From: Diplonema japonicum
Taxonomy: Eukaryota > Protista > Euglenozoa: Diplonemea
Reading direction: 5' to 3'
Length of the DNA stretch: 64,000 nucleotides
Assembly (NCBI GenBank): GCA_964019335.1
Contig: OZ025721.1
Coordinates: forward strand, 124,001 to 188,000
In this document: positions 51,841-63,763 of the stretch, piece after piece
Layout: every line of letters begins with the position of its first letter
Position numbering within the stretch: the first letter of the stretch is position 1
Program-made: the position numbers and the translations under genes
The notes under the pieces: model-generated
What the model was told of the DNA's origin: nothing
Seen by the model: the letters and a program-made list of their open reading frames with translations, nothing else
Databases searched by the model: none

Positions 51841-52020
51841 ATTATTATTGAGCTTGCATTTCAGTACCTGTGGGGGGTCCACCTCGTCGGTGCTGCTCAT
51901 ATCCTTGCCGTTATTGGTTCCTCTACAATAGTGGTCTTCAGACCGATTAGTGTCCAGTGCAGTTTCTTGTAAGTGCCCTCAGTCCAGCTTCCTAGCGCTT
52001 TTACTGTCATATTTTTAACC
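51841..52020 (-). repeat. Probable retroposon 3' end with (AAT)n tail, second copy
   Basis: Shares its terminus with 47802-47839; upstream frame has KALGSW. Confidence 0.5.
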
Positions 52021-52093
52021 AATGTTGGATTTAGGAAGGGGGGAAGAGGAAAAAGAAGAAGAAAAAAAAAGGAAAAAAAAAAAAAAAAAAAAA

Positions 52094-53782
52094 ATGACAG
52101 CACAACCCGCAGGGGATGGAATCCTTGTCTTTGCCCGCATGAGGCCTCCATTTCCAGGCGAGGTAACAGAAGGAGATGGCATGAGAGAAATCCGGTTGGT
52201 AGGCAACGGTAAGGGCGTGCACATAAAAGACCGTTTTGTAGATGAAAGAGAGGTGACGTTCCACAAGGTGTTCAGCTCGGAAGACGGCCAGGAAGATGTG
52301 TTTTGGCACACCGGCGAACCTGTAGTCCAGGCTGCACTGAATGGGAAAAACGGGACCTTTCTGGTATACGGGCAGACAGGAACCGGGAAAACATACACAG
52401 CATTCAACCAACAACCCGGAAAAGAGGGTATCATGCACCGTTCCATCCACCTTTTATTCTCCGAAATCCAGAAATCGAGCCAAGACTTTGAATACAAGGT
52501 CACAATGCAGTATTTCCAGCTCTACAACGACGCGATCCAGGACCTCCTGGCAGTTCAAGAAGGTCGGTCGCAAGGAATCACCATCAAGGAGTCAACCGAA
52601 AAGGGTGTGCATGTGTCCGGATTGGAAACCCGTATCGTGGGTTCACCTTCGGAAGTGTTGCAGCTTTTCGAAGAAGGTTCGGAGAGAAGGGTCATCCGAC
52701 TGACGAACATGAACGCAAAATCAAGCAGATCCCACGCACTGTTTGTGTTGATGGTACAAAAAACATGCAGGAGAACCCATTCAGTAATGTCCGGCAAGCT
52801 CAGCATTGTGGACCTTGCTGGATCAGAACGGATCAAGCGAACCAAAGCTCAAGGCATGCAGCGCCACGAAGCACAAGCCATCAATCTTTCCTTGACATGT
52901 TTAGGCAATGTCATCCATGCTCTCGCAGATCGAGACAGACACGTCCCTTACAGAAATTCAAGGCTGACAAGGCTGCTTCAAGACTCTTTGGGAGAGTACG
53001 GCAGGGCTGTGATTCTTGTCACACTGTCGCCAACACTGATAGATATCACGGAAACCATGTCTTCGGTTCAGTTTGGGCAGAGAGCATTGAAGATCAAGCA
53101 ACAGATGAAGTCCCAGCGGGTTGCGGTGAACCACCACCAGATGTGCAAGGACCTGCAGGCACAAGTCCTAGAACAGAAGGTTCTCGAGCAAGAATACCTT
53201 CAAAAAATCTCGCGTTTGACAGACGAAAACTTGCAGTTGAAACACACCATCGAGGACGACGAGGCGCTCATCGACGATATTGAGGAACACATCAAAACCT
53301 GCACGAAAAAGATCAATCACCTCCGAGGGAAGCTGAAGGAGAAGGGCGACAGCGAAGGCGAAGGTCGCATGTCCATGGAAGAGAAAACTGCATTGGAGCT
53401 TGTGCATGCTGCGGAGGTGCAGAAAATCCGAAGCGAGGCAGAAAAGGCAGAAAGACGATGGAAGGAAGAAAAAGAGGCTCTTGTAAACGAGAACCGACGG
53501 CTTGGTGCAGAGTTGTCCGCCTCCAGCACCGAGATGGACACCACCACGGGCGAGCTCATCACAGCCCGCTCAGACATCGAGATTCTTCACCAGGAACTTG
53601 CGTACCTTCGTTCTTCTCCCTCTCCTTCGCCTACCTCTTCGCCTTACTCACACGTTTTTGAATCCGTGCGCAACTCCATCCCTCCTTCTCCTGCTCCCGC
53701 CGCCCCCTCGCCCTGCGCCCCGCCCTGTGGCATGGGGATCGCCCCGAAACGCTGGCCTTTAAAAGAAGTCACAAATCACTAG
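52094..53782 (+). CDS. Kinesin motor protein
   Basis: GQTGTGKT P-loop, SSRSH, DLAGSE, HVPYRNSRLTRLLQDSLG; coiled-coil tail. Confidence 0.96.
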   Translation: MTAQPAGDGILVFARMRPPFPGEVTEGDGMREIRLVGNGKGVHIKDRFVDEREVTFHKVFSSEDGQEDVFWHTGEPVVQAALNGKNGTFLVYGQTGTGKTYTAFNQQPGKEGIMHRSIHLLFSEIQKSSQDFEYKVTMQYFQLYNDAIQDLLAVQEGRSQGITIKESTEKGVHVSGLETRIVGSPSEVLQLFEEGSERRVIRLTNMNAKSSRSHALFVLMVQKTCRRTHSVMSGKLSIVDLAGSERIKRTKAQGMQRHEAQAINLSLTCLGNVIHALADRDRHVPYRNSRLTRLLQDSLGEYGRAVILVTLSPTLIDITETMSSVQFGQRALKIKQQMKSQRVAVNHHQMCKDLQAQVLEQKVLEQEYLQKISRLTDENLQLKHTIEDDEALIDDIEEHIKTCTKKINHLRGKLKEKGDSEGEGRMSMEEKTALELVHAAEVQKIRSEAEKAERRWKEEKEALVNENRRLGAELSASSTEMDTTTGELITARSDIEILHQELAYLRSSPSPSPTSSPYSHVFESVRNSIPPSPAPAAPSPCAPPCGMGIAPKRWPLKEVTNH

Positions 53783-53952
53783 GGTCGAAAGAAAAGAAAA
53801 GAAAATAGATTCTTTAGATTTCCTTTTCCTTCCCTGTATAGATCTTTCCCCTTTATTATTTTCCCTTCTTAGATTAATAGGAATACAGGCTTCTTTAGCT
53901 CTTCCTTTCTTCTTCTTTTTTGTTTCTATTTTCGTCCCAACGCGATTGCAAG

Positions 53953-54025
53953 TCCCCCTTGGCGCAGTCGGTAGCGCGTCAGGCTGTTAACCTGCAGGTC
54001 GTTGGTTCGAACCCAACAGGGGGAG
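53953..54025 (+). tRNA. tRNA-Asn (GTT)
   Basis: TCCCCCT/AGGGGGA acceptor, CAGG-CTGTTAA-CCTG, GGTTCGAACC, T-run terminator. Confidence 0.95.
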
Positions 54026-54274
54026 TTTTTTTAGATCAGACTGTCCCTCCCATGGATACTAGTGTGTTGAACAGTAGGGTTCCTGGTTCTCCGCTCCATT
54101 TACTCCTTTGTGTGTGACACTTGGTTTGCTCGTGTCAATTACGAGTGAAAACTGTTGTCCGCACTCGCCAATAACTCTACAAAGCACTACCGTGGCCGAA
54201 CGAACAGGGCTTCCTTTTTTTTCCCCCTTTGCCAGCACAACAAAGTGACACAAGCCAAGAAGAAAAAAAAAAAA

Positions 54275-55112
54275 ATGGCATTCCTTAAGAAAATGTTTGG
54301 AGGCGGAAGTTCAGCAGCTCCTCCTCCGCCAAGACCCACTGCGACACCGCAAGAGACGCCTTCGGAGGTACGTTATCCCCCCCTAAAAAAAATTAAATAT
54401 CGCCCCCCTTTTTTTTGAAAAACAACACACCACACAGAGGATGGCGAATACAATCGACACAATTGAACGAAAGGAGAAAGTGCTGGAGAAACGGATTGCG
54501 GAACAGGTATGGAATAATTTTAATAATAATAACAATAAAAAATACCCAGACTGCGAAAGCAAAGGAATATCTCGCAAAGAAGAATCAGCGAGGGGCGATG
54601 ACCTGTGTGAAAATGAAGAAGCAGTACGAGGGCCAGCTCGAGCAGCTGCAGAACCAGAAGCTCAACCTGGAGACGCTGAAGGTACAGACGGAAGGGAGCG
54701 CCATCCAGAATGACATCATCAACGTGCAACGGGAAATGGTTCGGCAGATGAACCGCGAAGCACCCAGGATAGAAGAGGTGGAGCAGATTCAGGATGATAT
54801 GACAGATGCCTTGGACAACCAGAGGGATGTTGCCGAGGCACTGGCACAGCCCATAGCTGGGGGTGTCGACGACGATGATGTGATGGACGAGCTCATGGCC
54901 CTCGAGCAGGAACAAGAGGATGAGAAATTCATGAGCAAGGTCAATGATATCGATGTCACCGTTCCCACAGGCCCTGTGGCTGATGGTAAAATATCCAAGC
55001 CTGTGGTTGCTGAGGCTGAGGTGTGGGAAAAAAAAAAAAAAAAAAAAAAAATCCCCAGGCTGATGACGACGAAGATGTTCTTGCAGGGCTTACCGCTGAA
55101 CTGAATGCGTAG
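54275..55112 (+). CDS. SNF7: ESCRT-III Snf7/Vps32 protein, copy 1; exons 54275-54367, 54438-54506, 54550-55020, 55059-55112
   Basis: LEKRIAEQ..AKEY..KNQRGAMTCVKMKKQYE, DDDDVMDELMALEQE; three GT-AG introns. Confidence 0.88.
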
Positions 55113-55635
55113 GAGAATAAGAAAAAATTTTAAAAAAAAAAGAGAAAAAAAGAGAAAACAGAAAAAGAAAAAAAAAGTGCCTGACAAGGGAAACGAATAG
55201 GAAACACAGGTGTGTGTTTTTTTTTTTTTTTTTTTTTTTTTTAAGTACAGCGCGGCCGGTGAGCGCAAAAACGCATACCTTAAAAGAATAGTTTTTTTTT
55301 TTGATTTGGTACTGTGGCAGTATTTTTAATTTTTTTTCCGTTTCTTTTTATCCCTTTTTTTTTTACCGCTTTCCCAATTAGCCAATGGTGATATTTATCT
55401 TTGTTCCCCCCCCCCCCCCCTCTTCTTTTTTCCGTTTCTGGATTTCGTTCATTTTTTTACTTACTTTTGAGCTGCTGCAGTTTGTTTTTTAAACCCCCCC
55501 TCCTTCTTCTTTCCCGGGTCAAAGTTCTTGCTTCATTACTATGCTTTTTTTTCTTTCTTACTTTTTTTTTTCTCTCTTTTATTTCTTTTTTTTTTATTCT
55601 CAATATTTCCTAGTTTTCGCAGTATTTTTTTTTTC

Positions 55636-55769
55636 TTGTTACAAATATTTATCTTTCAAAAGATGATTTTATAACTACATGCAACTTGTGCCGAGCAAAA
55701 AACTTTTGCAGCTTTTTAAAAAACCTTTTTTGCTCGTGCGAACAACAAAGACAAATAGTCATAAAGAAT
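55636..55769. repeat. About 140-bp palindromic dispersed repeat, copy 2
   Basis: Matches 29912-30058. Confidence 0.8.
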
Positions 55770-55779
55770 GTTTTTTTGG

Positions 55780-56601
55780 GAAAAACAACGTACACGGTAA
55801 CCAAATAACTTTTTTCCACCGTCGCCTTAAACCTCCAACTTTTTTTCCATTTTTTACTGTAACCACCAACAATTTCCCTTATGCAACCACTAACTTTTTT
55901 TTCCACCGTCCACGGTAACCTCCGACATTTTTATGCCATGATGTCATAGCAAAAGAAAAGGAAAAGAGACCTTTTAAGAGAAATAGGTGACTACCCTGAA
56001 GGTCTGGGACTACAACCGGGACAGCACTTCGAGGAGTGATTGTGGTAATAAAGGTTCTTACAAGTTGCTGTATTTATTTTCCCCTTCTCTCTCACTTCGC
56101 TTCCTCTTTGCTGGCCTATCTGTGACTTCGTGACAACAGGGGGCTTGAGGTCATCCTTGGCATATCCTTCACAGGCAGGGGGGCGAGGGGTGGAGAAGTA
56201 CATCAGACGCCAGATACCTCGGCTTTGGCTTTAAATCGTCTTTGGAAATCGCCCTTGCCAACTTCCAGGAGAAATTCTTGGTGTCTTTTTTCGAGCCCTG
56301 GTTGTGCCTACACGTTTTTCCCAAATGCACACACACCTCCACCGTGGACGTTGGAAAAAAAGTTTTGGGTTACCGTGGACGGTGGAAAAAAGTTTTTTAC
56401 TTACATGGTTTAGTGGAAATAAAAAATAGGTTACCGTGGAGAGTGGAAAATTTTTACAAAAAACCATTTGAGTGGAAAAAAAGTTGTAGGTTACCGTGGA
56501 GAGTGGGAAAAAAGTTGTGGGTTACCGTAAACAGTGGTGGAAATTCTGCTTACAGACTTGGGTGGAAAAAAGTTATTTGGTTACCGTGTACGTTGTTTTT
56601 C
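55780..56601. mobile_element. Non-autonomous TIR DNA element, superfamily unassigned
   Basis: Perfect about 41-bp IR GAAAAACAACGTACACGGTAACCAAATAACTTTTTTCCACC; repeated subterminal motifs. Confidence 0.82.
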
Positions 56602-56789
56602 TCATTTTTTTTTCCCCCTTTAGAAGAAAATGACGCCAATTGTTTTGACGTTTGTACCTACGTTTTTGTGTTCGTACCTTTTCGTGGCCTCGTCTATTAT
56701 GACTATAATCCCCACTATCAGCATATGAGTATTGAGGATCAGCGTTCCTGGTTCTCCCTTTTGCTTGGTATCAGTTATGAGCGAACACT

Positions 56790-56814
56790 GTTGGTTCGAA
56801 CCTAACAGGAGGAG
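56790..56814 (+). pseudogene. 3' remnant of tRNA-Asn in the duplicated segment
   Basis: GTTGGTTCGAACCTAACAGGAGGAG + T-run, versus 54001-54025. Confidence 0.75.
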
Positions 56815-57115
56815 TTTTTTTTTTTTTTTTTTTTTAGAACAGGCTAATATGCCCACTGTCAGCGCTACCAAGGTGTTCATTAATAATGTTGCTGGTTCTC
56901 CACTTGTCTTTGTCTGACCCCGTTTGCTGACCTGAAACAAAAAATTGTGGTCACTTGGTTGCTCGGATCAGTTACGAGTGAACACTGTTGTCCGCACTCG
57001 CCAAGATCTCTGCAAAGCACTACCGTGGCCGAACGAACAGGGCTTCCTCTCTCCCCCCCCCCCCACCTTTGCTAGCACAACAAAGTGACACAAGCCAAAA
57101 AAAAAAAAAAAAAAA

Positions 57116-57948
57116 ATGGCATTCCTTAAGAAAATGTTTGGAGGTGGAAGTTCAGCAGCTCCTCCTCCGCCAAGACCCACTGCGACACCGCAAGAGACGC
57201 CTTCGGAGGTACGTTATCCCCCCCTAAAAAAAATTAAATATCGCCCCCCTTTTTTTTGAAAAACAACACCACACAGAGGATGGCGAATACAATCGACACA
57301 ATTGAACGAAAGGAGAAAGTGCTGGAGAAACGGATTGCGGAACAGGTATGGAATAATTTTAATAATAATAACAATAAAAAATACCCAGACTGCGAAAGCA
57401 AAGGAATATCTCGCAAAGAAGAATCAGCGAGGGGCGATGACCTGTGTGAAAATGAAGAAGCAGTACGAGGGCCAGCTCGAGCAGCTGCAGAACCAGAAGC
57501 TCAACCTGGAGACGCTGAAGGTACAGACGGAAGGGAGCGCCATCCAGAATGACATCATCAACGTGCAACGGGAAATGGTTCGGCAGATGAACCGCGAAGC
57601 ACCCAGGATAGAAGAGGTGGAGCAGATTCAGGATGATATGACAGATGCCTTGGACAACCAGAGGGATGTTGCCGAGGCACTGGCACAGCCCATAGCTGGG
57701 GGTGTCGACGACGATGATGTGATGGACGAGCTCATGGCCCTCGAGCAGGAACAAGAGGATGAGAAATTCATGAGCAAGGTCAATGATATCGATGTCACCG
57801 TTCCCACAGGCCCTGTGGCTGATGGTAAAATATCCAAGCCTGTGGTTGCTGAGGCTGAGGTGTGGGAAAAAAAAAAAAAAAAAAAAAAAATCCCCAGGCT
57901 GATGAGGAAGATGTTCTTGCAGGGCTTACCGCTGAACTGAATGCGTAG
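57116..57948 (+). CDS. SNF7: Snf7/Vps32 protein, copy 2 (tandem duplicate)
   Basis: Near-identical exons and introns to copy 1; last exon one codon shorter. Confidence 0.88.
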
Positions 57949-58113
57949 GAGAATGAGAAGATACAAAAAAAGAAGAAAAAAAAATTGGGAAAGAAAAAAA
58001 AAAAGAAGAAAAAAGAGTGCCTGTCGATGGAAGGTACGGTAAGCATGGTGATGCTTTTTTTTTTTTTTTTTTTGTTTTGTTTTGATTTGGTACTGAGGCG
58101 GTATTATTATTAT

Positions 58114-59374
58114 CCCCTAAAGGCTCGGAGCCTATCTACGGTACCCCCCATTTTCGTTGTTGCTTTAAATACTCAAAAAAAGGGCTTTCATCCCCCAAGG
58201 GCAAGGTAGACATGAAGAACACCTCGCGTGAGTCCATCCACCGGATGAGGTGACCCTGCTGCATCATCCACTGCCCCTCCCTGAGCTGCAGCTGCTGCGG
58301 CGCCTTTGTCATCCTCCCTGGCGAGTTCCTTTTCGGGCTGCGGAAGGAAGCCGGAATGCTCCGGCAGTTCCTCCTGCAGGTCGAGCAGGAGTGCGTCTTG
58401 TTTTCGTATAGCTTCTGATGGAGCCCCAGGGAACAGAAGAAGTTGTCGAAGGCGATACTACGGTGGGTTCCCAGCCAGGGGTCGACAGCACACATGACTA
58501 GGTCCTGTGTTGTGGACTTCTTGCTGCAAATGTTGAAATTCGCCAGGTAACCGTTTGATGAGTCGCATGTTGATGCCCACCGAATTGTTTTTTCGTGGTG
58601 CCATGACTTTCATTGTTGTCCGCCCAAAGTCAAAGGGGATAACACTGTCGTCAACAGACAACCACTTGCCAGGGGTCCGCACAGTCCTACACCGGTTGAC
58701 AATGATGTCAAGAAACCTGCGCATGAGTGCAGTTTGTCTTCAGAGTCCTTACTGACGTTTTCTATGTTGTCAAACTCTGTTTCTGCCCATAGCTTTAAAC
58801 GCCGGGATCGCTAAATTAGGATTCGTTGTCCAGTAGCTCTTGATGTTCGGTGCCGAGCGTAACCCAAGCCAAACTTTGAACTCTGGGACGGAAAGGTTCA
58901 GATCCCGATGCTCTTTTGCATCGCAGCGTCCGTTTGTAGAAGAAACTATGAGCCCAACTACCGCGTGTACGAAAAAGACTAAAAACACCTTCCTCATTGG
59001 CCGCTTCACCCAGAGGTGTCTTCAGCCCCACCTTTTCACGGAAACGGTGCGTTTCGGGCCTTTTGGAGTACTTTTCCCACCCAAGCATCGTTTCCGGCCC
59101 CTCTTCGACCGCCTCGTCGTCTTCTTCTTCTATCTGACCAGTCGGGGAGACTCGCGCTTTCGCTGCTATTTTGACTGTCTGATTCTATTTTAAGCCAATC
59201 CTGCCGGTTTCAATTAAAACATAAGTTTTAACGCAAAATATAGTTTCAAGACAAAATAAACCGCGCAACAATGTCATATTTTGAAGTCCAAGGGCCGTGT
59301 TCAAAAAAAAAAGTACTTAGCGAAAAAGCAAATTTTGAAATAAGGACAAAAATGTCCGCGCGGGCCTTTAGGGG
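58114..59374 (-). mobile_element. Defective piggyBac-like transposon with TTAT target
   Basis: TIR CCCCTAAAGGC(T/C)CG; transposase fragments PGKWLSVDDSVIPF, FKVWLG..IKSYWTT, FDNFFCS; absent from the paralogous flank near 55320. Confidence 0.88.
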
Positions 59375-60058
59375 TTATTATTATTATTTATTTATTTATT
59401 TTTTGAGTACCGCTTTTCTAATTAGCCGATGGTAATACTATCTTTGGTCTTTTTTCTTTCTTTTTTTCCCCCCTTTTTTTTTTTGGTTCGGTTCTAACCT
59501 CTGATGAAAAAAAAAACCTCCCATATTTTTTTGTCTCTTATACCCCCCTCCCCACCGACTCTCCTTGCCTGGTGGGGTTTTGTTCTTTCAATTTTTTTTT
59601 TCTTCTTTGTTCACTCTCTCCCCCTTTTCTTTTCTTTCTTCACTCGTTCCACCCTCGTTTTATTTATTATAGCTCCTTTTTTTATTTTTTATTTTTTATT
59701 TTTTTTTTTTTTTGCGACCCAACGATCCAGGCTATCTCCGAGTTGCTCCCCTCGATAAGGGACCGAGTGGAGAGCATGTGCAGGGGGTATTCATGTCCAG
59801 TTGCAAGGCAACAAAAAGAAAAAAAAGAAAGAAAAGATGCAAGTCATGTGGTGACAGTTCGACAGGATCTCGGGAGTGCGCCTGAACGTAATATTTGCCG
59901 CAAGTGGCAACTCCAGCAGTCTAAATCTTCAGAAACCACAGTGCTGAAGCTTAAAGAGAAAGTAAAGTCTCTGGGTCGGGTTTTGAAGGGAAAAAAAAAA
60001 AAAAAAAAAGGAACTTCTCTGCAATATAAAAAAAAGGAAAAATAAAAAATAAATAAAA

Positions 60059-61060
60059 ATGGTTGCCTCGAAAAGGCTGTATGACATCCTTGGGGTTGCA
60101 CCTGATGCTGACGAGAACGCAATTAAGCGTGCTTACAAAAAGGCAGCGCTGAAGTGGCACCCCGACAGGAATACGGAGAACAAGGAGAAAGCCGAGGAAA
60201 AGTTCAAAGAGGTGGCCGAGGCCTATGACGTTCTGAGCAACAAGGAAAAACGAAGGGTTTACGACCAAGTTGGCGAGAGCTACAAGGACATGGGGAATGG
60301 CGGCGGCGGTGGCGGCGGCGGCCGCGGCGGCATGCCGGGAGGATTCACCTCCTCCTCCTTCCAAGGCGACCCCAACGAAATCTTCAAACAATTCTTCGGA
60401 GCTCAGTTCAACCCAGCCAGCTCATCTTTTGACGACGATGACCCATTTGCGTCCATGTTCGGCGGCATGGGCGGACGCGGTGGCGGTGGAATGCAATTCA
60501 TGAGCGGGGGTATGCCAGGAATGGGCATGGGAGGTATGCCTGGAATGGGTGGTGGGATGCCCTTTGGCGGTGGGATGCAGGCCAAACGAAAAGGCCCTCC
60601 TAAAGAATTCCCTTTGGAATGCACCTTGGAAGACCTGTACACCGGTTGCGTGAAAAAACGAAAACTTACGAGAAAACGGGTTCGAAACGGTAAACCCGTC
60701 GACGATTCTAAAGTGGTCGAGATTACCGTGCAACCTGGATGGAAGAATGGGACAAAGGTCACCTTCCCGGGTGAGTCTGATGAGGTACCGGGTCAAACCC
60801 CTGGGGACATCATCTTTGTTCTAAAGGAGGCCAAACATCCTACCTTTACCAGAGATGGCGCTGATTTAGTGTACCAACCTTCTCTTCCAGCTCAGTCGGG
60901 TCCTGTAACTGTTCCTGTTCTTAATGGTGGGTCCGTGACCATTAGGATCGCTTCCGGCACTGCTTCAACTTCTATTCCCGAGAAAGGGATGCCTGTCCGA
61001 AAGGGTGGGAAGCAAGTTGGACACGGTGACATTGTTGTGAAGCCGAAGTGGGGGAAATAG
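60059..61060 (+). CDS. DnaJ/Hsp40 class B (Sis1-like)
   Basis: J domain with HPD, G/F and G/M regions, CTLEDLYTG, PGWKNGTKVTF. Confidence 0.96.
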   Translation: MVASKRLYDILGVAPDADENAIKRAYKKAALKWHPDRNTENKEKAEEKFKEVAEAYDVLSNKEKRRVYDQVGESYKDMGNGGGGGGGGRGGMPGGFTSSSFQGDPNEIFKQFFGAQFNPASSSFDDDDPFASMFGGMGGRGGGGMQFMSGGMPGMGMGGMPGMGGGMPFGGGMQAKRKGPPKEFPLECTLEDLYTGCVKKRKLTRKRVRNGKPVDDSKVVEITVQPGWKNGTKVTFPGESDEVPGQTPGDIIFVLKEAKHPTFTRDGADLVYQPSLPAQSGPVTVPVLNGGSVTIRIASGTASTSIPEKGMPVRKGGKQVGHGDIVVKPKWGK

Positions 61061-61128
61061 GTGATAATGGTGGAATTTTTTTTTTTTTTTTTTTTTTTTT
61101 TTGTTTTGGTTCTACCTCGTTTTTTTTT

Positions 61129-61166
61129 CAGGCGTCCTGCCACATACCGCAGGTACCCTTAAATGT

Positions 61167-61169
<3 letters not shown>
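61129..61169 (+). repeat. 41-bp motif + poly(T), copy 3
   Basis: Identical to 40189-40229. Confidence 0.9.
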
Positions 61170-61216
<47 letters not shown>

Positions 61217-61605
61217 AGATTTTGACACGTTACTTTAAAAAAAAAAGAAAAAATGGATTCAAAAAGAGGTGCTTCTATTAACCTCTTCTCCCCATTACAC
61301 CCTCTCCCTTACTTCGGGGAAAAAAAAACGACAAAAAAAAATACAATTTGCGTCCACCACTCTTTCTCTCGCTCGCTTTGTTTTTTGAAAACTGTTTTAA
61401 AAAAAAAAAATGAAAAAAAAAAGGAAACGGAGGGGGAGATCTTGAGAATTAGAGTTGTATAAAGCGGCTTTCATTCTCTTATTGCTACAAGAAAAGGAAA
61501 TGCAAACGACAAAGCACCCAGGTTTTTTTTTTTTTTTTTTTTTCTTTTTTTCTTTTTTCTTTTTTTCCCCCCTTCCTTCGCAGTTTTTTAAAAAAAAAAC
61601 CCCCT

Positions 61606-61645
<40 letters not shown>

Positions 61646-62260
61646 GGGGCAACAAGACTTTTGGGCCTCCAGGCCTCCAAGTCCAAGGTGGTGCGATGCG
61701 ACACCTGAGTTGCTTTCCTCATGAAAATCTTTTTAAAACGTCGGGCCAGCAACGCTGCCACACCGCTGGGTTGAGGTGTGCTGCCCGTAAAGGACGTCGT
61801 TGGCTTACTGGTGTCAGTAACTACCCATGGTGCCGCACCACAAACGGCGCAGTGGGAGAAACGCTGTGCGCCCCCTTTTTTCCCCCATGTCTCTCACTTC
61901 CTCTTCTTACAAGCCCCCGTTTCACCGTTTTAAGAGGAGCCACCATGGAGCCCGCACAGCTCATATGCAAAATGGTGGCACGTGCGCGCATTCGAGACCA
62001 ACAGGGTTTTTAGCCGACCGGAGCCAAGGGATCAGGCACTGCGATCGAACTGGTTACTTGGCGTGGCTGGGTAAAACTTTTTGCACTTTCAGCACGGTTT
62101 AAAAAAAAAAAAAAAAAAGTTTCACCCCCATTGTTTTTCTTTTTTTCTTTTTTTTCCCCCCCCTCTCCCTCCTTCTATCCCGTTTTATTTGTAAACGACA
62201 ATTCTGCCCCCTCCCCCCTCCAAAAAAAAAAAGGAGAAAAAAAAAAAGAAAAAAAAAAAG

Positions 62261-63253
62261 ATGGCAGCCGTCCCAGCAGTCAAGGATTATTCCAAAATGA
62301 AGATCGCGCAAGACATGACGGCGCTGGTAGGGAACACCCCTCTGGTGTTCTTGAACAACCTCACGAAAGACTGCCACGCGAAGGTTGCGGTGAAGCTCGA
62401 GATGCAGAACCCCTTGAGCTCAGTGAAGGACAGGATCGCACTCGGGATGTTCAACCATTTAGAAAGAAACGGGAAGATCCAAGCAGGCGACTGCATTGTA
62501 GAGTCGACAAGCGGCAACACAGGCATCGGCCTGGCGTGGATCGCAGCGGTTAAAGGGTACAAGGCAAAATTTGTCATGCCGGCTTCAATGTCGTTGGAGA
62601 GAAGGGTGTTGCTGAAAGCTCTTGGTGCGGAAGTGATCCTTTCCGACCCTGCCAAGGGTATGCCGGGAGCGAACGAGCTTGCTAAAAAAATTTCTTCGCA
62701 ACCGAACCACGTCTGGGCGCAACAATTCTCCAACGAGGCCAACCCCGCCTCTCACTTCTCCACCACTGGCCCGGAACTCTACCGTGACACTAATGGTCAG
62801 ATCGACACCTTTGTAGCAGGCGTTGGGACCGGCGGAACGATTTCAGGTACAGCACAGTTTTTCAAGGGAATCAACCATCCTTGTGAGATTGTTGCTGTCG
62901 AACCATCTAAATCAGCTGTTCTCTCAGGGGGTAAAAAGGGACCCCACGCCATTCAGGGAATCGGTGCTGGTTTCATCCCTGATGTGATGCAGCCTGCTCT
63001 CTGCGACAAGATTTTGCAGGTAACGGACGAAGAAGCCATCGAAACAGCGAAGAAGGTAGCCCAAAAAGAAGGCATCTTCTGCGGTATTTCGGCCGGCGCC
63101 AATATTTCCGCAGCGCTGCGCCTTGCGAAGGACCCCGCCAACGCTGGGAAGCTCATTGTGACAGTTGGATGCGATACCGGTGAGAGATATTTGTCCTCGG
63201 CTCTCTTCAAGACCGTGAACGAAGAAGCGAAGAACCTCCCCATAACGAAGTGA
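62261..63253 (+). CDS. cysK: Cysteine synthase A (O-acetylserine thiol-lyase)
   Basis: NPLSSVKDR (PLP lysine), TSGNTG, GVGTGGT, HAIQGIGAGF, GERYLS. Confidence 0.96.
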   Translation: MAAVPAVKDYSKMKIAQDMTALVGNTPLVFLNNLTKDCHAKVAVKLEMQNPLSSVKDRIALGMFNHLERNGKIQAGDCIVESTSGNTGIGLAWIAAVKGYKAKFVMPASMSLERRVLLKALGAEVILSDPAKGMPGANELAKKISSQPNHVWAQQFSNEANPASHFSTTGPELYRDTNGQIDTFVAGVGTGGTISGTAQFFKGINHPCEIVAVEPSKSAVLSGGKKGPHAIQGIGAGFIPDVMQPALCDKILQVTDEEAIETAKKVAQKEGIFCGISAGANISAALRLAKDPANAGKLIVTVGCDTGERYLSSALFKTVNEEAKNLPITK

Positions 63254-63273
63254 TGGGAGGGACGATAAATTTG

Positions 63274-63315
<42 letters not shown>

Positions 63316-63699
63316 AGAAAAAAAGAGGGCAGAGAGAAGGGGGGACGAAAAACGCGGTTTCTAATGTTTTTTCTTTGCCGTCTTCTTTTTCTGCACTTTC
63401 TTTTTCTTTTTAGCTCTCTTCTTCTTCCGCCGCCTGCCGGTGGGGTAGTTCCCATTTCGCAGCGAAAAAAAAAAATTTTTTTTTTACCTCCTCCTCCAGA
63501 AAGGGAACGAAATAAAGAAAAATTGAACACGAAAAAAGAAGGGGGAATAAAAAAGGGAGGGAGAGGGGGAGGGGAACTGATATGTGATTTTTTTTTTTTT
63601 TCTCTTTTCAAGAACCGTCGGGATGTGTCTGTACTCCCAGTGGTGTGAAATTAGGGAGAGAGAAAAAAAAAAGGGAAAAAAAAAAATCAGCTCCATTCT

Positions 63700-63739
<40 letters not shown>

Positions 63740-63763
63740 TGGGTAATTCACTTATTACCTTAG

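Noticed and set aside
56341-56590. Regularly spaced GGTTACCGTGG repeats resembling a CRISPR array
   Set aside because: Short degenerate subterminal repeats of a TIR element; spacers are not unique and there are no cas genes.
59720-59990. Possible small exon upstream of DnaJ
   Set aside because: No recognisable homology or clear start and splice signals.
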